124,000 bases of DNA from Hyalangium minutum (GTDB lineage Bacteria > Myxococcota > Myxococcia > Myxococcales > Myxococcaceae), in NCBI RefSeq assembly GCF_000737315.1, contig NZ_JMCB01000013.1, positions 144,001 to 268,000 on the forward strand, read 5' to 3'. Below, in pieces: positions 119,028-124,000 of this stretch; the stretch's first letter is position 1; each line of letters opens with the position of its first letter. Made by a program: the position numbers and the translations under genes. The notes under the pieces were generated by a model, which had not been told where the DNA came from, ran no database searches, and saw nothing but the letters and a program-made list of their open reading frames with translations.

Positions 119028-122000
119028 GGACTTTCGCGCTTCTCGAGACGTTGATCGATCAGCACCGGCTCAAGCGAGGCCGGAGGCCCGAGCAGGTCCC
119101 TGAGCGCCGCGAGCGGCAGGAGGTGGACGTCAAGGGGCTGGAGTTGGCCTTGCGCGAGCGGCTCGAAGGGGAGGTGGAGTTTGACGCTGGCAGCCGCGCC
119201 CTCTACGCGACGGATTCCTCGAACTACCGGCAGGTCCCGCTGGGCGTCGTGCGTCCCCGCTCCATCGAGGATGTGATGGAGATCGTCCGTGTCTGCCGCC
119301 GGTTCGGCGCGCCGCTGCTCAGCCGGGGAGGGGGCACGAGCCTGGCGGGCCAGTCGTGCAACGTGGCCGTGGTGATGGACTTCTCCCGGTACCTGAACCG
119401 CATCCTGCACGTGGATCCCGAGCGGAAGCGGGTTCGGGTGCAGCCCGGCGTGGTGCTGGACAACCTGCGCAAGTTCACCATCGACCGCTACCAGCTCACC
119501 TTCGGTCCAGATCCCTCCACGCACAACCGCTGCACTCTGGGAGGCATGATCGGCAACAACGCCTGCGGCACGCACGCGCAGCGGGCGGGGCGGATGGAGT
119601 ACAACGTGGAGGAGCTGGAGGTCCTCACGTACGACGGGCTCCGCCTGCGCGTGGGCCCCACTCCGGAGCCGGAGCTCGAGCGCATCATCCGAGACGGAGG
119701 CCGGCGCGGGCAGCTCTACGCGGGGCTCAAGGCGCTGAGGGACAAGTACGCCCCGCTCATCCGCGAGCGCTACCCGAAGATCCCCCGGCGCGTCTCCGGC
119801 TACAGCCTGGACGAGCTGCTCCCGGAGAAGGGCTTCAACCTGGCCCGGGCCCTGGTGGGCACCGAGGGCACGTGCGTCACCGTCCTGGAGGCCACGCTGC
119901 GGTTGATCCCCGAGCCTCGGGCCCGCTCGCTGGTGGTGCTGGGCTACCCGGATGTGTTCCAGGCCGCGGACCACCTCCCCGAGGTGCTCGAGTCCCAGCC
120001 CATTGCCCTGGAGGGCCTGGATGGGGTGCTCGTGAACGACATGCGCCGCAAGGGCATGCATCCGAAGGACGTCGCGCTGCTGCCCGAGGGCGACGGCTGG
120101 CTCGTCGTGGAGTTCGGAGGGGACTCGAAGGAGGACTCGGACGCGCAGGCCCAGAAGTTGATGTCACGCCTGAAGCGCCACGCCCACGCGCCCACCATGC
120201 GCCTCTATGACAAGCCCGACGTGGAGCACCTCATCTGGGAGGTGCGTGAGTCCGGGCTGGGTGCCACCGCCTTCATTCCGGGCGAGCCGGACGCGTGGGA
120301 GGGTTGGGAGGACTCAGCGGTGGCTCCGGACCAACTGGGAGCCTACCTGCGCGAGTTCAAGAAGCTCCTGGGGAGTTTCGGCTACAGGACGGCGCTCTAC
120401 GGCCACTTCGGCCAGGGCTGCTTGCACTGCCGCATCAACTTCGACTTCACCACGCGCGCGGGCATCCAGAAGTACCGCCGCTTCGTGGAGGAGGCGGCGG
120501 ATCTGGTGGTGAAGCACCACGGCTCGCTCTCGGGCGAGCACGGGGATGGACAGTCCCGCGCGGAGCTGCTGCCGAAGATGTTCGGCGAGGAGCTGGTGCG
120601 TGCCTTCGGCGAGTTCAAGGCGATCTGGGATCCGGCCAACAAGATGAACCCCCACAAGAAGGTGTCGCCCTACCGGGTGGACGAGAACCTGCGGCTGGGC
120701 ACCCAGTACGCGCCGCCCCCGCTGGACACCCACTTCCAGTATCCAGAGGATCGCGGCAGCTTCGCCCGGGCCACCCTGCGCTGCGTGGGCGTGGGCAAGT
120801 GCCGCCGCGAGCAGGGCGGCGTCATGTGCCCCAGCTACATGGTGACGCGCGAGGAGAAGCACTCCACACGTGGCCGGGCGCACCTGCTCTTCGAGATGAT
120901 GCAGGGCGAGCCCCTCAAGGGCGGCTGGCGCAGCGAGCACGTGAAGGACGCGCTGGACTTGTGCCTGTCGTGCAAGGGCTGCAAGTCCGACTGCCCGGTG
121001 AACGTGGACATGGCCACGTACAAGGCCGAGTTCCTCAGTCACTACTACTCGGGCAAGGTGCGGCCGAGGCACGCCTATGCGTTCGGGCTCATCATGTTCT
121101 GGTCGCGGCTCGCCTCGCTGGCGCCTCGGGTGGCCAACTTCTTCACGCAGACGCCGGGGCTCAGCCGCGTGGCGAAGTGGGCGGCAGGAGTGCACCCGGC
121201 GCGGAGCATCCCGCCCTTCGCCCCTCGCTCTTTCCAGAGCCGGGTGCGCGGCCGGAAACCTGCGCCCACCACGCGCGGGCCCGTGGTGCTGTTCCCGGAC
121301 ACCTTCAACAACTTCTTCCACCCGGACACGGCGGGCGCGGCCCTGGAGGTGCTGGAGGCCGCGGGCTTCGAGGTGCGCGTGCCCCAGGGCTTCGTGTGCT
121401 GCGGCCGCCCGCTCTACGACTACGGCATGCTGGACACGGCCAAGGCGTTGCTCCAGCACACCCTCGCTCGCTTCCGCGAGGAGATCCGCGCGGGGGTGCC
121501 CTTCGTCTTTCTGGAGCCGAGCTGCGCAGCTGTGTTCCGGGACGAGCTGGTCAACCTCTTCCCGCATGACGACGACGCGAAGCGCCTGAAGCAGCAGACG
121601 TTCGTGCTGAGCGAGTTGCTGGAGAAGAAGGCGTCGGACTTCCAGGTGCCCACGCTGCGAGGCCGGGCACTGGTGCAGGGCCACTGCCACCACCAGTCGG
121701 TGATGAAGTTCGAGCAAGAGAGCGAGGTGCTGAAGAAGATCGGATTGGACTGGGAGAAGCCAGACTCCGGCTGCTGCGGGATGGCGGGGGCGTTCGGGTA
121801 CGAGGAGTCCCACTACGAGACGAGCGTGGCGTGCGGAGAGCGCGTCATCCTGCCCAAGGTACGGGAGGCGCCGCGAGGCACGCTTGTCATCGCGGACGGG
121901 TTTAGCTGCCGGGAGCAGATCCGGCAGGGCTCGGGGAGGACACCGGTCCACCTGGCGCATGTGCTGTGGGCGGCGCTCCGGCGCAAGCAACACCTGTTGG

Positions 122001-122179
122001 ATCGGGATGAGCCTGAGAAGGCCCTGCTCGAAGAGGCCCAGGCGCTCCTCGTGAGTGGGACCGTCCCGAAGGCGCGGTGGGGCGCCCTGGCAGGCGCTGG
122101 GCTGCTCGCCGTGGGGGCTGCCGCGGGCATCTTCCTTGGTGTTTCCCAGGTGAACAGCTTGAGGAAGAGGCTCTCCTGA
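119024..122179 (+). CDS. FAD-binding and Fe-S-binding oxidoreductase (GlcD/GlcF-like fusion)
   Basis: RGGGTSLAGQ, SGEHGDG, CVGVGKC, CLSCKGCKSDCP and CCG motifs. Confidence 0.9.
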   Translation: MRTFALLETLIDQHRLKRGRRPEQVPERRERQEVDVKGLELALRERLEGEVEFDAGSRALYATDSSNYRQVPLGVVRPRSIEDVMEIVRVCRRFGAPLLSRGGGTSLAGQSCNVAVVMDFSRYLNRILHVDPERKRVRVQPGVVLDNLRKFTIDRYQLTFGPDPSTHNRCTLGGMIGNNACGTHAQRAGRMEYNVEELEVLTYDGLRLRVGPTPEPELERIIRDGGRRGQLYAGLKALRDKYAPLIRERYPKIPRRVSGYSLDELLPEKGFNLARALVGTEGTCVTVLEATLRLIPEPRARSLVVLGYPDVFQAADHLPEVLESQPIALEGLDGVLVNDMRRKGMHPKDVALLPEGDGWLVVEFGGDSKEDSDAQAQKLMSRLKRHAHAPTMRLYDKPDVEHLIWEVRESGLGATAFIPGEPDAWEGWEDSAVAPDQLGAYLREFKKLLGSFGYRTALYGHFGQGCLHCRINFDFTTRAGIQKYRRFVEEAADLVVKHHGSLSGEHGDGQSRAELLPKMFGEELVRAFGEFKAIWDPANKMNPHKKVSPYRVDENLRLGTQYAPPPLDTHFQYPEDRGSFARATLRCVGVGKCRREQGGVMCPSYMVTREEKHSTRGRAHLLFEMMQGEPLKGGWRSEHVKDALDLCLSCKGCKSDCPVNVDMATYKAEFLSHYYSGKVRPRHAYAFGLIMFWSRLASLAPRVANFFTQTPGLSRVAKWAAGVHPARSIPPFAPRSFQSRVRGRKPAPTTRGPVVLFPDTFNNFFHPDTAGAALEVLEAAGFEVRVPQGFVCCGRPLYDYGMLDTAKALLQHTLARFREEIRAGVPFVFLEPSCAAVFRDELVNLFPHDDDAKRLKQQTFVLSELLEKKASDFQVPTLRGRALVQGHCHHQSVMKFEQESEVLKKIGLDWEKPDSGCCGMAGAFGYEESHYETSVACGERVILPKVREAPRGTLVIADGFSCREQIRQGSGRTPVHLAHVLWAALRRKQHLLDRDEPEKALLEEAQALLVSGTVPKARWGALAGAGLLAVGAAAGIFLGVSQVNSLRKRLS

Positions 122180-122226
122180 CACGTTCTCCTTTCTCACCTC
122201 ACTCCTGACGCAGACCGAGGCACACG

Positions 122227-124000
122227 ATGAGCGCGACTGTTGGTGACTACTTGCTCTACCGCCTGAGCCAATGGGGGATCCGCCGCATCTACGGGTACCC
122301 GGGAGATGGCATCAACGGCATCATCGGTGCGCTGGGCCGCACCACGGAGTTCCAGTTCATCCAGGCACGCCATGAGGAGATGGCGGCCTTCATGGCGTGC
122401 GCCCACGCCAAGTTCACCGGAGAGGTGGGCGTGTGCCTGGCTACCTCGGGCCCCGGTGCCATCCACCTGCTCAACGGCCTGTATGACGCGAAGCTGGACC
122501 ACCAGCCCGTGGTGGCCATCGTGGGCCAGCAGGCGCGCGCGGCGCTGGGCGGCCACTACCAGCAGGAAGTGGATCTGGTGACGCTCTTCAAGGACGTGGC
122601 CAGTGAATACGTCACCATGGTGACGAAGTCCGCGGCGGTGCGCCACGCGGTGGATCGCGCGGTGCGCATCGCGCAGATCGAGCGCACGGTGACATGCGTC
122701 ATCGTCCCCAATGATCTCCAGGAGGAGACGTACGAGAAGCCCGCGCGGGCCCACGGCACCCTCCACTCCAGCGTCGCCTACAGCGTGCCGCGCGTCCTCC
122801 CGCAGGAGCAGGACCTTCGCCGCGCCGCGGATGTGCTCAACGCGGGCAAGAAGGTGGCCATGCTGGTGGGTGCGGGCGTGCTCAACGCCGCTGACGAGGT
122901 GATGCAGGTGGCCGAGGTACTGGGCGCCGGCGTGGCCAAGGCGCTGCTGGGCAAGGCGGTGCTGCCAGACGATCTGCCCTATGTGACGGGGGCCATCGGC
123001 CTGCTGGGCACCAAGCCTAGCTGGGATCTCATGATGGAGTGCGACACGCTGCTGATGGTGGGCACCAGCTTCCCGTACTCGGAGTTCCTCCCGAAGGAGG
123101 GACAGGCCCGCGGCGTCCAGATTGATCTCGACGGCCGGATGCTGGCCATCCGCTACCCCATGGAGGTGGCGCTGACAGGCGATAGCAAGGAGACGCTGCG
123201 CGCTTTGATTCCCATGCTTCAGCGCAAGCAGGACCGGAGCTGGCGCGAGCAGGTGGAGAAGGGCGTGCGCCAGTGGTGGAAGACGTCCGAGGCGCAGGCG
123301 ATGAACTCAGCCAACCCCATCAACCCGCAGCGGGTGTTCTGGGAGCTGTCGCCCAAGCTGCCAGACGGCGTCATCCTGACGGCGGACTCGGGCTCGGGGA
123401 CGAACTGGTTCGCGCGGGACATCAAGATTCGCAAGGGGATGATGGCCTCTCTGTCCGGCAACCTGGCCACCATGGGCTGCGGGGTGCCCTACGCCATTGG
123501 CGCGAAGTTCGCGTTCCCGCATCGGCCCGTGCTCGCCATGGTGGGGGACGGGGCCATGCAGATGAACGGCAACGGCGAGCTGGTCACCGTGGCCAAGTAC
123601 TGGAAGCAGTGGAAGGACCCGCGCTTCATCATCCTGGTGCTCAACAACCGCGACCTGAACCAGGTGACGTGGGAGCAGCGGGTCATGGCAGGGGATCCGA
123701 AGACGCCGGCGACGCAGGACCTCCCGGATTTCCCTTATGCGAAGTACGCGGAATCGCTGGGTCTCAAGGGCATCCGGGTGGACAGGCCTGAGCAGATCGC
123801 CCGGGCGTGGGACGAGGCGCTGAGCGCGGACCGGCCCGTGGTCTACGAGGCCTATGTGGACCCGGATGTGCCGCCGCTGCCGCCCCACATCACCTTCGAG
123901 CAGGCCACGAATTTCGCCAGGTCCTTGCTGGGCGGTGACGTGGACGCCGGTGGCGTCATGAAGCAGTCCATCAAGGGCATGGTGGACAAGCTGTTGCCGC
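122227..124000 (+). CDS. Thiamine pyrophosphate-requiring protein (PoxB-like), running off the window end
   Basis: YGYPGDGING, RHEEMAAF, TSGPG and GDGAMQM...NN motifs. Missing from the ORF track because there is no stop in the window. Confidence 0.92.
   Translation, partial: MSATVGDYLLYRLSQWGIRRIYGYPGDGINGIIGALGRTTEFQFIQARHEEMAAFMACAHAKFTGEVGVCLATSGPGAIHLLNGLYDAKLDHQPVVAIVGQQARAALGGHYQQEVDLVTLFKDVASEYVTMVTKSAAVRHAVDRAVRIAQIERTVTCVIVPNDLQEETYEKPARAHGTLHSSVAYSVPRVLPQEQDLRRAADVLNAGKKVAMLVGAGVLNAADEVMQVAEVLGAGVAKALLGKAVLPDDLPYVTGAIGLLGTKPSWDLMMECDTLLMVGTSFPYSEFLPKEGQARGVQIDLDGRMLAIRYPMEVALTGDSKETLRALIPMLQRKQDRSWREQVEKGVRQWWKTSEAQAMNSANPINPQRVFWELSPKLPDGVILTADSGSGTNWFARDIKIRKGMMASLSGNLATMGCGVPYAIGAKFAFPHRPVLAMVGDGAMQMNGNGELVTVAKYWKQWKDPRFIILVLNNRDLNQVTWEQRVMAGDPKTPATQDLPDFPYAKYAESLGLKGIRVDRPEQIARAWDEALSADRPVVYEAYVDPDVPPLPPHITFEQATNFARSLLGGDVDAGGVMKQSIKGMVDKLLP

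Overview
High-GC myxobacterial chromosome segment (Cystobacterineae/Archangiaceae-like, inferred from gene content and order). Housekeeping backbone: tRNA-Glu, tRNA-Gln, gltX, rpmB, purMN, accD, folC, lptD, murQ/anmK, and a split nuoAB...nuoCDGHI. Signalling loci: a Che4-type chemosensory operon, three class III nucleotide cyclases (one with Crp and a class II PDE, one apparently catalytically degenerate), several Ser/Thr kinases and a KaiC-like two-component module. It also holds an alternative complex III-caa3 oxidase operon and stress or accessory clusters. I saw no rRNA, CRISPR array, integrase or transposase. The strongest find is an 8.3 kb island (44665-52999). A membrane TPR Ser/Thr kinase and an FHA-sigma54 enhancer-binding protein sit among three effector-like genes lacking signal peptides: a Gly/Ala-rich putative membrane-inserting protein, a C39-like papain-fold peptidase and a lytic transglycosylase. 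Each of the three has a -24/-12 sigma54 promoter and 2-3 copies of the same palindrome, TGATGAC-N4-GTCATCA. Other leads are a lipoprotein with a perfect JAMM motif and a lipoprotein partner, a C1-like pseudo-cyclase, a ChpT-like kinase with a degenerate ATPase domain, and a recurring GGTCTG-N5-CAGACC operator. Product calls rest on motifs read by eye and on remembered family knowledge, not on database searches. Several start codons were re-picked from RBS and overlap evidence.
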